In this document: in pieces, positions 1-9,395 of the stretch
Position numbering within the stretch: position 1 is the first letter of the stretch
Layout of the letters: each line of letters starts with the position of its first letter
Source: an uncultured delta proteobacterium
GTDB lineage: Bacteria > Myxococcota > Myxococcia > Myxococcales > Anaeromyxobacteraceae
Assembly (NCBI GenBank): GCA_963828255.1
Contig: CAWHDZ010000012.1
Span: forward strand, 20,262 to 84,261
Reading direction: 5' to 3'
Length of the DNA stretch: 64,000 nucleotides
Notes under the pieces: generated by a model
The model's database searches: none
What the model was told of the DNA's origin: nothing
What the model saw: the letters and a program-made list of their open reading frames with translations, nothing else
Position numbers and translations under genes: made by a program

Positions 1-1396
1 CGCCGCTGGGGTGGCCGGCGAAGTGGCGGGTGGAGAGCGGCGTGGAGAGCTCGGCCACCTCGACGCGCCCGCGGATCGAGGGAATGCGCGCCTCCACCAC
101 CGCGAGGAGCCGCTGGCGCAGCCCTTCCTTCAGCTCCTCGTACTCCTGGCCGCGGTGGCCCGGGCGCGTGTCGGCCCAGCGGGCGAAGGGCGCGAAGGGC
201 CCCATGGTGACCGCCTCCAGCGTGGCCTTTCCCGGGAAGCGGTCGAGGAAGGTGGGGTCCTTGGCCGAGGCGAAGGAGAGGTAGATGACCGGGAACGGCG
301 CCTCCGGGTCCCTCCCGAAGCGCTGGAAGGCCCCGTCGAGGTCGGCGTCCGGGTACAGCCACTGGTTCGTCCCCGAGAGCCCGAGCTCGGCGGCGGTGCC
401 CCGCAGCCCCAGGTAGAGCGACAGGTGGGCGCAGGAGGGGCCGATGCCGGTGAGCGCAGGGAAGCGGGACCGCCACTCCTGGGGCACGAGCCGGCCCACC
501 GTGGCCGCCCACCCGGCGTCGCTCACCACCACCGGGGCGCGGACGATGCGCCCGCCGGCCAGGCGCACCCCGGCGGCGCGCCCGTCCTCGACCACCACCT
601 GCTCGACGTCGGCGGCCACCGCGACGTGCCCTCCCGCCGCCTCGATGACCGGCAGGATGGTGGCGGCGATGCGGCTCGACCCGCCCACCGGGTAGGCGGC
701 GCCGTGGAGGTAGTGCTCGGCGGCCAGCGCGTGGTTGCCGAAGCTGGAGAGCGACGGCGGCAGGCCGTAGTCCCCGTACTGCCCGGCCAGCACGGCCCGC
801 AGCACCGGGTCCTTCACGTGGGAGGCGATGACCTCGCCGGTGGTCCTCCGGGCGTGCCGGAGGAAGCCGCGGCGCATCAGGCCGCCCAGCAGCCCCGCCA
901 CCCGGGGAGGCAGGGCCCTGGTCCCGAAGTACGGGCCGGCGGCGCGGACGCAGGACTTCACCTGCGCCAGGTAGCCCTCGATGCCCTTCCTCTCGGCGGG
1001 GAAGGCCGAGGCGAGCCCGTCCACGAACCGGTCCTGGCCGGCAGCCAGGTCGAACTCCCGGCCGCCCACCACGATCCGGTCGTAGACCTCGGGCATGGCC
1101 GCCCAGTCCAGTTCACCGTCCGTGACGTAGTCGAACAGGCGGCGCAAGGCGCCCCGCCGGCCGACCATCTTGCCGACGTAGTGGACCCCCACGTCCCACT
1201 CGAAGCCGTCCCGCTCGAAGGTGTGGGTGAAGCCGCCGGCCGTGTAGTGGCGCTCGAGGACGAGCACCCGCATCCCGCGCCGGCGCGCCATCAGGGCAGC
1301 GGCGCCGAGCCCGCCGATGCCCGAGCCGATCACCACCGCGTCGAAGGGGCCGTCGACCGGGCTCTGCTTCCAGGAAGTGCCGATGCGTCTGGCCAG
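1..1396 (-). CDS. NAD(P)/FAD-dependent oxidoreductase, phytoene desaturase/retinol saturase-like (3' end runs off window)
   Basis: Hand translation gives FDAVVIGSGIGGLGAAALMA...VLVLERHYTAGGFTHTFERDGFEWDVGVHYVG (Rossmann GxGxxG). Start is uncertain: CTG at 1396 follows GGAG. Confidence 0.8.
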   Translation of the reverse strand, partial: MARRIGTSWKQSPVDGPFDAVVIGSGIGGLGAAALMARRRGMRVLVLERHYTAGGFTHTFERDGFEWDVGVHYVGKMVGRRGALRRLFDYVTDGELDWAAMPEVYDRIVVGGREFDLAAGQDRFVDGLASAFPAERKGIEGYLAQVKSCVRAAGPYFGTRALPPRVAGLLGGLMRRGFLRHARRTTGEVIASHVKDPVLRAVLAGQYGDYGLPPSLSSFGNHALAAEHYLHGAAYPVGGSSRIAATILPVIEAAGGHVAVAADVEQVVVEDGRAAGVRLAGGRIVRAPVVVSDAGWAATVGRLVPQEWRSRFPALTGIGPSCAHLSLYLGLRGTAAELGLSGTNQWLYPDADLDGAFQRFGRDPEAPFPVIYLSFASAKDPTFLDRFPGKATLEAVTMGPFAPFARWADTRPGHRGQEYEELKEGLRQRLLAVVEARIPSIRGRVEVAELSTPLSTRHFAGHPSG

Positions 1397-1617
1397 GGTT
1401 CGCGCTCCGGGGCCGAAGCCTATTGAATTCCGCGGGGGATCGGCGCCAATTCGCCCTGACTCTGTCGGGGGACGCCCCAAAGGGCCATCCTGGCCCGACG
1501 CGCCCGTCCGATCCGCCCTCCGACGCTGTCCTCTGTAACGTGACCAAGGCTCTCGAGAACGTGGGCGACAGGGGCGGCTGCACCGGGGAGCGGGGCACGG
1601 AGACCCTCGATCGGGAG

Positions 1618-2092
1618 ATGTACCTGGCGGCGGTGATGCGGCTCGCCGCGGTGGACGGGCTGGTCGATTCGGAGGAGCGGGTCATCTCGGAGGTGGCGAT
1701 CGGCCTGGGGCTGGGACCGGTCGCCGCGGGCTCGGCGCGCCGCCGGTCCCGCGATCGCGGCGGCCCTCTTCGTGGACGCGGCGCGGATCTACGCGCTCGC
1801 GGCGGGCGAAGGGGCTCCGGGAACCGAGGATCGCATGCGGTGCGCGGCGGCGGCCGCGGGGGTGGACCGGCGCGAGGTGGAGGGATGGGTCGAGGCCTTC
1901 CACTTCGTGCAGGTCCTTCGCCTCCAGCACCAGCTCGAGCAGGGGCGGGGCGGAGAGGCGCCGCACAACCGCATCGACCCCTACGCGCTCAACCCGCTCG
2001 AGCAGAAGTTCTTCCGCGAGACGCTTCGGCTGGCGGCCTCGATCCAGAAGCGGATGGAGCGGGAGTTCTGTCACGAGGTCTCCGGGATCTGA
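1618..2092 (+). pseudogene. Probable chimeric remnant: TerB-like fragment followed, out of frame, by a DUF294 C-terminal (nucleotidyltransferase substrate-binding) fragment
   Basis: MYLAAVMRLAAVDGLVDSEERVISEVAIGLGL, then in another frame VDAARIYALA..AFHFVQVLRLQHQ..NRIDPYALNPLEQKFFRETLR with no N-terminal domains. Confidence 0.5.
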
Positions 2093-2118
2093 GGCGTTGA
2101 ACGATTGGAGGTTGCCCG

Positions 2119-3936
2119 ATGCGCTGCTCGAATCGATCCATGCTGCTCGCGGTGGCACTCGTGCTGGCGGCCTGCGGCTCGACTGGCGGGTCCACCGAGT
2201 CCCTCGATCTCCAGGCAGGAGCGCCGACGGTTCCGGCCCCGGGCGCCCTGGACCCGGCGTCGATCATGGGGGTGGAGACCGCGGTCGCCGGCCTGGCGCG
2301 GCAGGCGAGCGGCGTTCGCGAGCTTCTCGGAGGCGGGGCGGACGACACGTTCCGGCTGCTCGGCGAGGCGCGCGCGGCGGCGCAGGCCGACGCGGCCGCG
2401 CAGCTCGCGGTGCTTCCGCTGGTACGTGCGGGGACCGCCGTCCAGTCGGCGGCCGCCTCCTGGGTCGAGGTTCCGATGGCGGTCATGATGGTGACCATGA
2501 TGACCGGCCAGATCGCGCGCGCCGCCGGCAGGAGCGGGGGTCAGCCCGCGGCTTTGCCCTCCATCACGAGCACCTCGACCATCAACGGGGTGACGACGAG
2601 TCTCGAGTACCACCCCACGGTCGCCGGGTCGAAGGTGGAGGCCACGGTGCTGTCCACCGTCACCACCATGGCGCCCAACGGAACCACGATCACCGAGACC
2701 ATCTCGGTGACGCTCGCTTCGGACATCTGCCCGGATCCCCAGGGAAACGTCCCGCTCCACCTGACCGTTCGCACCCGCAGTTCCGCAGGCACGCGAGGCT
2801 ACGACTACTTCGTCGACATGAGCGGCATCGCTCGCATCGGGGAAGACGGCCAGGTCTCCGGATACCACATGGATGGCCGCCTGGAATTCACCCTCGCCCC
2901 CGGGAACACCCTCGTGCCAGGAGGCGGCGGCATGTTCGTCGAGTGGGCCGGGAGCATCGACACCGGCAAGGACACCGCCTTCCGTGTGACGAGGACGTCG
3001 CAGAACTTTGACGGCCCGTTTGCGAGGAACACGGGCAAGGAGCTGCTCGGGCTTGCGCATCTGTACGTGTCCTCGGTCCTCTTGGGCGAGGGGGACCTGT
3101 GGCGGAACGGTTCCTGCGTGGAGATCCTCGCCGAAGGGCTGAAGGCGCCTTACAAGGAGTCGAACCAGGACACGCTGAACCGGATCGTCCCCGACGGCGA
3201 GAGGCCCTTCCTGGTGATGGTTCGCCACAGGTTCGAAGCGGTCGACCTCGCGGTCCAGGTCGGCGCGGCACTCGAGAGCGGAGGGGCGTCGGTGACTCCC
3301 GCCTCCGGCCTGGTTCCGGCGATGTTCGCCTACCGGGCAGGCCCCGCGGAGGCCCAGGACGCCGTCGTGGCGCTTTCCACCATGTCGAGGAGAGGAGGCG
3401 CGAAGCTCCGCGTCGGATTCCAGACGAGTTGCAACCCCGCACCCGGCATGGTGCGCCCTGGCGGCTCGGCGCTCGCAGCCACGTGCCAGAACGCGTGGGC
3501 GGGAACCTCGACCGTGACCCTTGACCAGTTCCCGTCCCTCAAGAGCAAGGTGACGGCCACGGTGACGTGGATGTACAGCGCCGCCCTGTCGACGCCGGGA
3601 ACTGCCGTGTACCAGCCGAGCGGAGCCTTCACGGTGGTTGAACACATCGCCGGCGAAGGCTGTACCGTGGTTCCGGACAGCACGGCGATCGGCCCCACCG
3701 ACGGGCAACTGGTCGTCTACTACGGCATGGTCGACCCCCAGGTGAATTTCGGGAACGGCCAGAGTGACGTGATGTCGACGGTGACCTGCCCGGGCAGGGT
3801 CCCCTTCTCGGCGCCGGCGTCCTTCCTCTGGTTCCAGGGGCCCGGCGCGATGAACTCGGACGGCCTCCGGATCACCGGGGCGGGCTCGGACCCGGAAATC
3901 GGTACCTCTTGGAGCTACGACTTCTCGCGACAGTGA
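2119..3936 (+). CDS. Hypothetical lipoprotein (605 aa)
   Basis: Long ORF with GGAGG RBS and lipobox VLAAC; Thr/Ser-rich; more A/T-ending codons than core genes. Confidence 0.7.
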   Translation: MRCSNRSMLLAVALVLAACGSTGGSTESLDLQAGAPTVPAPGALDPASIMGVETAVAGLARQASGVRELLGGGADDTFRLLGEARAAAQADAAAQLAVLPLVRAGTAVQSAAASWVEVPMAVMMVTMMTGQIARAAGRSGGQPAALPSITSTSTINGVTTSLEYHPTVAGSKVEATVLSTVTTMAPNGTTITETISVTLASDICPDPQGNVPLHLTVRTRSSAGTRGYDYFVDMSGIARIGEDGQVSGYHMDGRLEFTLAPGNTLVPGGGGMFVEWAGSIDTGKDTAFRVTRTSQNFDGPFARNTGKELLGLAHLYVSSVLLGEGDLWRNGSCVEILAEGLKAPYKESNQDTLNRIVPDGERPFLVMVRHRFEAVDLAVQVGAALESGGASVTPASGLVPAMFAYRAGPAEAQDAVVALSTMSRRGGAKLRVGFQTSCNPAPGMVRPGGSALAATCQNAWAGTSTVTLDQFPSLKSKVTATVTWMYSAALSTPGTAVYQPSGAFTVVEHIAGEGCTVVPDSTAIGPTDGQLVVYYGMVDPQVNFGNGQSDVMSTVTCPGRVPFSAPASFLWFQGPGAMNSDGLRITGAGSDPEIGTSWSYDFSRQ

Positions 3937-3987
3937 CGGAGCGCCCGGCCGATCCCGAGTGGCGCGGGCGTCGCCGGGTTCAAACTC

Positions 3988-4386
3988 TCACGGGTCTCGG
4001 ACGTGCTTCATCGACACCGAGTTCATGCAGTACCTCATCCCCGTGGGCGGGGGGCCGTCCGGGAAGACGTGCCCCAGGTGGCCGTCGCAGCGGGCGCAGC
4101 GCACCTCGGTGCGGGCCATCCCGTGGGAGCGGTCCACCACGTCCACCACCGCGTCGGGCCCCACCGGCTGCGTGAACGACGGCCAGCCGGTCCCCGACTC
4201 GAACTTGGTCCCCGACCGGAAGAGCGGGTTTCCGCAGCCGGCGCAGACGTAAATCCCGGGCTGGTGCGAGCCGACGAAGCAGCCGGTGAAGGGGCGTTCG
4301 GTGCCGTGGCGGCGGAGGACGTCGTAGGCCTCGGGGGAGAGGCGCGCGCGCCATTCCGCGTCGGTGAGGATGAGCTTGTCGGCCAT
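3988..4386 (-). CDS. msrB: Peptide-methionine (R)-S-oxide reductase
   Basis: [37 protein letters not shown] motifs. Confidence 0.97.
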   Translation of the reverse strand: MADKLILTDAEWRARLSPEAYDVLRRHGTERPFTGCFVGSHQPGIYVCAGCGNPLFRSGTKFESGTGWPSFTQPVGPDAVVDVVDRSHGMARTEVRCARCDGHLGHVFPDGPPPTGMRYCMNSVSMKHVRDP

Positions 4387-4435
4387 GGCGCCCTTCTATC
4401 CTGCGGGGGGCCGGCGCGCCCGTTAGGCTTCGACC

Positions 4436-4957
4436 ATGTCCTTGCTGGATTGGCTGGGGATCGCCCCGGCGCGCGCCCGTGACCCCGAGGCCGAGGTCGT
4501 CCACCGGATCTCGCAGCAGCTCGACTCGATGGACCCCGCCGAGGCGCGCCACCTCTCGCTCTTCGCCTTCCTGCTCGCCCGCGTCGCCCACGCCGACCTG
4601 GTCGTCCACCCGGCCGAGGTGGCGGAGATGGAGCAGCTCACCGCCACCCACGGAGGGCTCACGGCGTCGCAGGCCGCCCTGGTGATGGAGATCGCCCGGG
4701 CCACCCAGAAGCTGCTCGGCCCCACCCACAACTTCGTGGCCATCCGCGAGTTCCGGGAGGAGGCCACGCTCGAGCAGAAGCTCGGGCTCCTCCAGTGCCT
4801 CTTCGCGGTGGCGGCCGCCGACGGCGTCGTCACCGGCCCCGAGGAGGAGGAGATCCGCACCATCTCGCGCGGGCTCTTGCTCGACGACCAGGACTACGTG
4901 CGGATCCGGAGCGCCTTCGGCGACAGGCGGTCGGTGCTGAAGACGATCAAGGCTTGA
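4436..4957 (+). CDS. TerB family protein
   Basis: LARVAHAD...E and LFAVAAADGVVTGPEEEEIRTISRGL helical motifs. Confidence 0.8.
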   Translation: MSLLDWLGIAPARARDPEAEVVHRISQQLDSMDPAEARHLSLFAFLLARVAHADLVVHPAEVAEMEQLTATHGGLTASQAALVMEIARATQKLLGPTHNFVAIREFREEATLEQKLGLLQCLFAVAAADGVVTGPEEEEIRTISRGLLLDDQDYVRIRSAFGDRRSVLKTIKA

Positions 4958-5513
4958 CGGGGAACTCCCGGCAGGCTCCGCCGGTCTCGCAGTAGGAGCA
5001 GCTGTTCACGGCCCACACTCCCGGTGGCGCGTCCCTGGGCTCGACCAGGAAGAGCACGAAGGCCGCTCCCCTGGTCGAGGTGGCCCAGGTCCACTCCAGG
5101 ACACGGCACGTGAACGTCCCGCTGCCGCCCCGGCCCCCGCAGGAGGCGATGCGGTCGCTCTCCGGCGTGCCCAGGTACGGGAGCACGGTCCAGGCGTCCG
5201 AACCCACCGAGCGGGTGCAGAGCCCGTCCACGTAGTCGAGCTGCTCCCTGTGGACCGCCGCGAAGGAGGCGTCGGCCCGCGCGCAGGCCTGCTCGCTTCC
5301 CCGCAGCGGGACGGGGTGGCAGGCGGACCAGGCCTCGGCCGCCTCCTTCTCGATGGCGAACCAGCGCTTCACGTTCTCGCAAGGCGTGGCGTCGCTGCAG
5401 GAGGCCGATCGGGGCGGGGGAACCCACCGCGAGGGCGGAAGGGGAGGGGGCGCCGAGGCGCAGGCCAGCGCGAGCAGGGCGGGTGCGACCGCGGCCAGCC
5501 GGACGCCCTTCAT
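4947..5513 (-). CDS. Hypothetical Cys-rich lipoprotein
   Basis: Signal peptide with lipobox LALAC; many Cys; overlaps neighbours by a few bases. Confidence 0.6.
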   Translation of the reverse strand: MKGVRLAAVAPALLALACASAPPPLPPSRWVPPPRSASCSDATPCENVKRWFAIEKEAAEAWSACHPVPLRGSEQACARADASFAAVHREQLDYVDGLCTRSVGSDAWTVLPYLGTPESDRIASCGGRGGSGTFTCRVLEWTWATSTRGAAFVLFLVEPRDAPPGVWAVNSCSYCETGGACREFPVKP

Positions 5514-6118
5514 CCGCGTCGCCCTGGGCGGCGCCCGGCGAGCGCGGCCATCTCGTCCACCGCCACGGCGAGCTCGTCGGCGATGGGGCCCACCCGGCGC
5601 TCGCGGAAGACCCTCACGAGCTCCCGGAAGTACCAGGTGGTCTCGGCCTTCCCGCTGAAGCGATCGAGGGTGCCGGGCCCGTCGGCGCGCAGGTCGGCGA
5701 CGATGGCCCGGGCGTTGTTCAGCTTGTCGGCGGCGGACACCAGCAGGGAGCGGGCGGGCTTGCCGGGCAGGGACGCGATGTACGCCTCCTTGCGAGGGCG
5801 CCAGTCCGGCTTCACCTTCTCGAAGGTGTCGGTGCAGTCCTCCACCATCTTCGCCACGTCCTCGCCGAAGCGCGCGCGGATCCTGGCCAGCCTCGGCCGG
5901 CCGCCGTGGTCCTCGGCCGCGTCGTGCAGCAGGGCGGCGATGGCCTGGGGCTCGTCGCCGCCGAAGTCGAGCACCGTCCCGGCGGTCCCGAGGAGGTGCG
6001 CGGCGTAGGGGACGCCGGGCTTTCCCTTGCGCGCCTGCTTCCGGTGGAGTTCCAGGGCGTGGAGGAGCGCGTCGTCGAACCGCTTCCCCAGGCGGCGTCT
6101 CTTCCTCAGTTTCGCCAT
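5510..6118 (-). CDS. HD-domain hydrolase (small alarmone hydrolase/Mesh1-like)
   Basis: H-x-x-Q-x-RK..PY..H, AALLHDAAED, VSAADKLNN motifs. Confidence 0.85.
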   Translation of the reverse strand: MAKLRKRRRLGKRFDDALLHALELHRKQARKGKPGVPYAAHLLGTAGTVLDFGGDEPQAIAALLHDAAEDHGGRPRLARIRARFGEDVAKMVEDCTDTFEKVKPDWRPRKEAYIASLPGKPARSLLVSAADKLNNARAIVADLRADGPGTLDRFSGKAETTWYFRELVRVFRERRVGPIADELAVAVDEMAALAGRRPGRRG

Positions 6119-6263
6119 GGCCCCACCCGTACAGGATCCAGTTGCCGCCTGAGAAGGCGTTTCGTACTGCCGGTTTCCGGTGGGGAAGTACCCCCGGCCG
6201 GGCCGCCCCGATTTGGCATTGACCCGGGCTGGATTCCCGGACAAGAAAAATAGTTTAGACCCC

Positions 6264-7010
6264 ATGATCCTCCCGATCCTCATCGCCGGCCTCGTCTCCG
6301 CCCAGGTCCACCCGGGCGAGGTGTCGCACGCCCTGGAGTCGATCTCCGTGGCGGGAACCTCGGTGGCGCTGCGGAGCGACGAGGGGGACGAGGCCGTGGC
6401 CGAGCAGGTGCGCCGGGTCCTTCCACGGGCGGTGAACCTGGCGACCCGGTGGGGTCCGCTCCCGGCATCGGTGACGCTGACGGTCCACCCCACCCACGCC
6501 GGGCTGGAGGCAGCCACGCGCCGGACCGGGAGTCCCTGGATGAGGGCCTGGGCGCGCGTCGGCGCCGTCGATCTCCAGTCGCCTCGAACCTGGTCGCGGG
6601 GGCGCGCCTCCGACGAGGCGCTCACCCAGATCCTCGCGCACGAGCTCACCCACTGCGCCCTCTTCCAGGCCACCGGGCGAGACGGGCGCGCCGGGCGGAT
6701 CCCGCTCTGGTTCCAGGAGGGGATGGCCAGCGTGGCCGCCGGCGAGCGGCACGCCGTCGCCCGCGCCGAGGCGGTCGGAGGCCCGGGCCCATTCCTCCGG
6801 ACCGATCCCGCCGTCGTCTACGGTACGGCCGATTGGGCCTTCCGCGCGCTCGTCGATCGCTTCGGGGAGGACGGCGTCCGGCGGGTCGTGGCCCGCCTCG
6901 GCGAGGGGCACGCCTTCCCGGCCGCATTCCGCGGCGCGCTGGGCGTGACGCTCGCCGACTTCGAGGGCGACCTGGTGGGCCGCCTCCCGGCGCTGGCCGT
7001 CAGGGACTAG
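6264..7010 (+). CDS. Secreted zinc metallopeptidase (peptidase MA-like)
   Basis: Signal peptide; HELTH (HExxH) followed by PLWFQEGMA. Confidence 0.75.
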   Translation: MILPILIAGLVSAQVHPGEVSHALESISVAGTSVALRSDEGDEAVAEQVRRVLPRAVNLATRWGPLPASVTLTVHPTHAGLEAATRRTGSPWMRAWARVGAVDLQSPRTWSRGRASDEALTQILAHELTHCALFQATGRDGRAGRIPLWFQEGMASVAAGERHAVARAEAVGGPGPFLRTDPAVVYGTADWAFRALVDRFGEDGVRRVVARLGEGHAFPAAFRGALGVTLADFEGDLVGRLPALAVRD

Positions 7011-7025
7011 ACGGCCGCCTCCCCG

Positions 7026-7292
7026 CTACGGGGAGTTCCAGATCTCCTCGAGCCACTTCTCGTGGGCCTCGGACTCCTCGACGCTCGCCGGGTCCTCGAG
7101 CGCCTGCTGCGGCTCCATGCTGGCCGCCCCCGGCTCGATGTCCACGCACGGATCGGAGGGCGTTCCCTCGCACGTCACCTCCGCCGTGTTCCCTCTGTGC
7201 TCCCCCTCCTCCTGCGCAAGCACGACGTTGGAGACTCCCGCGATCCCGAGTGCGAGCCCAGCCGTCACCAGCAGTCGAATTGCCCTCCTCAT
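7026..7292 (-). CDS. Small secreted acidic hypothetical protein
   Basis: AAGGAG RBS, signal peptide MRRAIRLLVTAGLALGIA, two Cys. Confidence 0.6.
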   Translation of the reverse strand: MRRAIRLLVTAGLALGIAGVSNVVLAQEEGEHRGNTAEVTCEGTPSDPCVDIEPGAASMEPQQALEDPASVEESEAHEKWLEEIWNSP

Positions 7293-7518
7293 GGGCGCTC
7301 CTTCGTTCCCCTTCAGGGGTGACCGAGGCACCTACGACATCCTGTGAAAATGGTGGCCCCACCCTCCCACCCCGGCGAGGGGATTCCGGGGCGGCCGGGG
7401 AGGGGCGTCCCGATCGGGGGGCGAGAAGGCCGGCCGGCTACACCCAGAGGACGGGTTGACGCTCGACCGCCAGGCCCGGAGGATCGGAGGCGTAGGTCAA
7501 CCTGCGAAAGGTCACGCC

Positions 7519-7779
7519 ATGAAGCGCATCCTGGTCGCGGTCGTCCTCTGGGCAGGCCCGGCACTGGCCGCCGACATCCCCGCCCTCTACCAGAAGCACT
7601 GCGCCGACTGCCACGGGGCCAGGGGGCAGGGCGGAACCGCCACACCGGTCATCGCCGGGATGCCGGCCGAAGCCGTGGCCAAGGTGGTGCGCAACCACCC
7701 TCCTCCGATGGAAAAGACGGGCATGACCGGCGACGAGGTCGCGGCCATGGGGAAGTACGTCGCCGGCATGAAGAAGTAG
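7519..7779 (+). CDS. Monoheme class I cytochrome c
   Basis: Signal peptide, CADCH heme motif, distal Met (PPPM). Confidence 0.85.
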   Translation: MKRILVAVVLWAGPALAADIPALYQKHCADCHGARGQGGTATPVIAGMPAEAVAKVVRNHPPPMEKTGMTGDEVAAMGKYVAGMKK

Positions 7780-7791
7780 CGGGCGCCGTAC

Positions 7792-8253
7792 TCACGGCCT
7801 TCGCTCCTTCAAGGTGAGGCAGGCCGCCTCGACCCCGCTCACGCACGCGAGCTGGGACTCCTTCAGCTGCCGGCAGTCGGCGGTCCTCGCGTACCCGTAC
7901 CCGGCGGAGAAGGCGAGCGGGATCGCCGAGGCCAGCAGCACGCCCCCCGTCACGGCAAGTCCCGTGGTGACACCGCGAGACAGGTCCTGGCCGAAGCACC
8001 AGTCGGGAGGCGAACAGGGCGCCACGGGCATGGTTCCCGAAGCGATGAACGCCACGCCCATGGCCGCCACCAGCGCCCCCGCGACGGTGTCGATCACCGG
8101 GGACGCCACCGAGGTCGTGCACGCCACCGGCGGTTCCAAAGGAACGGGCAACTCGGGAGCCCTGGCCACGAAGATCCAGGAGCAGCCCGCGCCCTCCAGG
8201 ACCGCGACCGATGCGACGAGTGCGATGCATCGGGATGGAAGCCGTCGTGGCAT
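7792..8253 (-). CDS. Hypothetical membrane/lipoprotein
   Basis: Signal-like N-terminus ending GAGC, two hydrophobic segments, several Cys. Confidence 0.55.
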   Translation of the reverse strand: MPRRLPSRCIALVASVAVLEGAGCSWIFVARAPELPVPLEPPVACTTSVASPVIDTVAGALVAAMGVAFIASGTMPVAPCSPPDWCFGQDLSRGVTTGLAVTGGVLLASAIPLAFSAGYGYARTADCRQLKESQLACVSGVEAACLTLKERRP

Positions 8254-8506
8254 GGTTCCCCCGCACCCATGGTCGCGAGGAGGTCCACGAGAAGCAAGCC
8301 ACCGGATGGGCGATGCAGGCTGCGTGTTGCCCAGGTCAAGGCCCGATCTGGACCGGACGCATCCACACGCCCCCCATCGGTTCGCTCCCCGAGGTCGCCC
8401 CATGATCCCCGCGCAAGCCGTGAATGCTGGCACAGCCGGCAGGCTCCCCTCTTTCACCCTCGGCTTCGCAGCATCGACGCGGGCATCTCGCCCGCAGGGG
8501 GGAAGC

Positions 8507-9202
8507 ATGAAGCGTCTGCTCGTGGTGGCGTGCGCGGTGCTCGGCATTGGAATTCCCGGGCTGGCAATTGGCGGAGTAGAGCCGTCTCCATTCAAGCTCG
8601 TGATCAGCAACCGATCCGACGTGGTCGAAGTTGGCTCGCCGCTCCGCGGGCAGGCTCTGACCGACCTCGTGCTCCACCTCGAGGTCGAGAGCGGCATCTC
8701 CGATACCGGGGTCCCGTCGACCCGGATCATCGAGATCCCGCTTGCCGGTTCGGTCGGTGCGGTCAATGGTGTAGCCGCCGGCCAAACGATCGCGGTCAGC
8801 GTCAACCCCGGCTCCGCTGCCAATACCGGCGGCAGAATCCTGACATGGCGGATCAGGGCCAGGATGGGCATCGGCCCCTCGCCGTTCCGCTTGTACGCCT
8901 TGCCCCGGACGACATCGCAAGCAGCGGAACCGGACGTCGCGCCCCGACTCCCGGCGACGCTCCTCTCACCAGCCTTCGATCTCTACGCCTTTTCGAGTCC
9001 GGGCACGCTTGTCGGGAGCGTGACGATGTCGAACGACGAGATCTACTCGAATTGCCCTGCAGTGGCGCCATGGAAGAGCCACGGGCAGTACGTCCGCTGC
9101 GTGGCCCTGCTCATCGGCGACCTCACCAGCCTTGGCGTGGTGTCCGAGGAGGAGGCCGACGGGGTCGTGTCAGCCGCTGCGAGGTCGGAGGTTGGCAAGT
9201 AA
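8507..9202 (+). CDS. Secreted hypothetical protein
   Basis: Signal peptide MKRLLVVACAVLG; C-terminal CP...WKSHGQYVRCVA...AARSEVGK segment. Confidence 0.65.
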   Translation: MKRLLVVACAVLGIGIPGLAIGGVEPSPFKLVISNRSDVVEVGSPLRGQALTDLVLHLEVESGISDTGVPSTRIIEIPLAGSVGAVNGVAAGQTIAVSVNPGSAANTGGRILTWRIRARMGIGPSPFRLYALPRTTSQAAEPDVAPRLPATLLSPAFDLYAFSSPGTLVGSVTMSNDEIYSNCPAVAPWKSHGQYVRCVALLIGDLTSLGVVSEEEADGVVSAAARSEVGK

Positions 9203-9240
9203 AGAAGAAACCCTGCCGGGTCGCGAGGACCTGGCAGGGT
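9201..9240 (-). terminator. Rho-independent terminator downstream of tRNA-Arg
   Basis: Minus-strand stem ACCCTGCCAGGTC...GACCCGGCAGGGT followed by TTCTTCTTT. Confidence 0.8.
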
Positions 9241-9258
9241 CAGATGAAGCGTTCGAGT

Positions 9259-9335
9259 TGGCGCGCGATACAGGATTCGAACCTGTGGCCCTCAGCTCCG
9301 GAGGCTGATGCTCTATCCAGCTGAGCTAATCGCGC
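9259..9335 (-). tRNA. tRNA-Arg (CCG)
   Basis: GCGCGATTAGCTCAGCTGGATAGAGCATCAGCCTCCGGAGCTGAGGGCCACAGGTTCGAATCCTGTATCGCGCGCCA; cloverleaf, anticodon CCG, encoded CCA. Confidence 0.98.
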
Positions 9336-9346
9336 AGGCGCCCGCG

Positions 9347-9375
9347 TATCTATTGCAGGGAGGCCGGAAAGGCAA
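9347..9375 (-). promoter_or_regulatory. Putative sigma70 promoter of tRNA-Arg
   Basis: TTGCCT-17 nt-TAGATA about 11 nt upstream of the tRNA. Confidence 0.45.
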
Positions 9376-9395
9376 GGAGCATCCCGGCGGTCCGG

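Noticed and set aside
1394..1410. CTG start codon for the oxidoreductase
   Set aside because: Plausible (GGAG upstream), but the frame stays open further upstream with an in-frame TTG, so it cannot be established.
11..1426. Long ORFs antisense to or overlapping real genes (e.g. 11..1426+, 36561..39659-, 44478..47930-, 53876..57271-)
   Set aside because: Shadow ORFs typical of high-GC DNA; no motifs, and recognisable genes lie on the other strand or frame.
3957..3987. Possible degenerate tRNA-Arg 3' duplicate (att site)
   Set aside because: Only TGGCGCG and a loose GGTTCAAAC match; too weak in GC-rich DNA.
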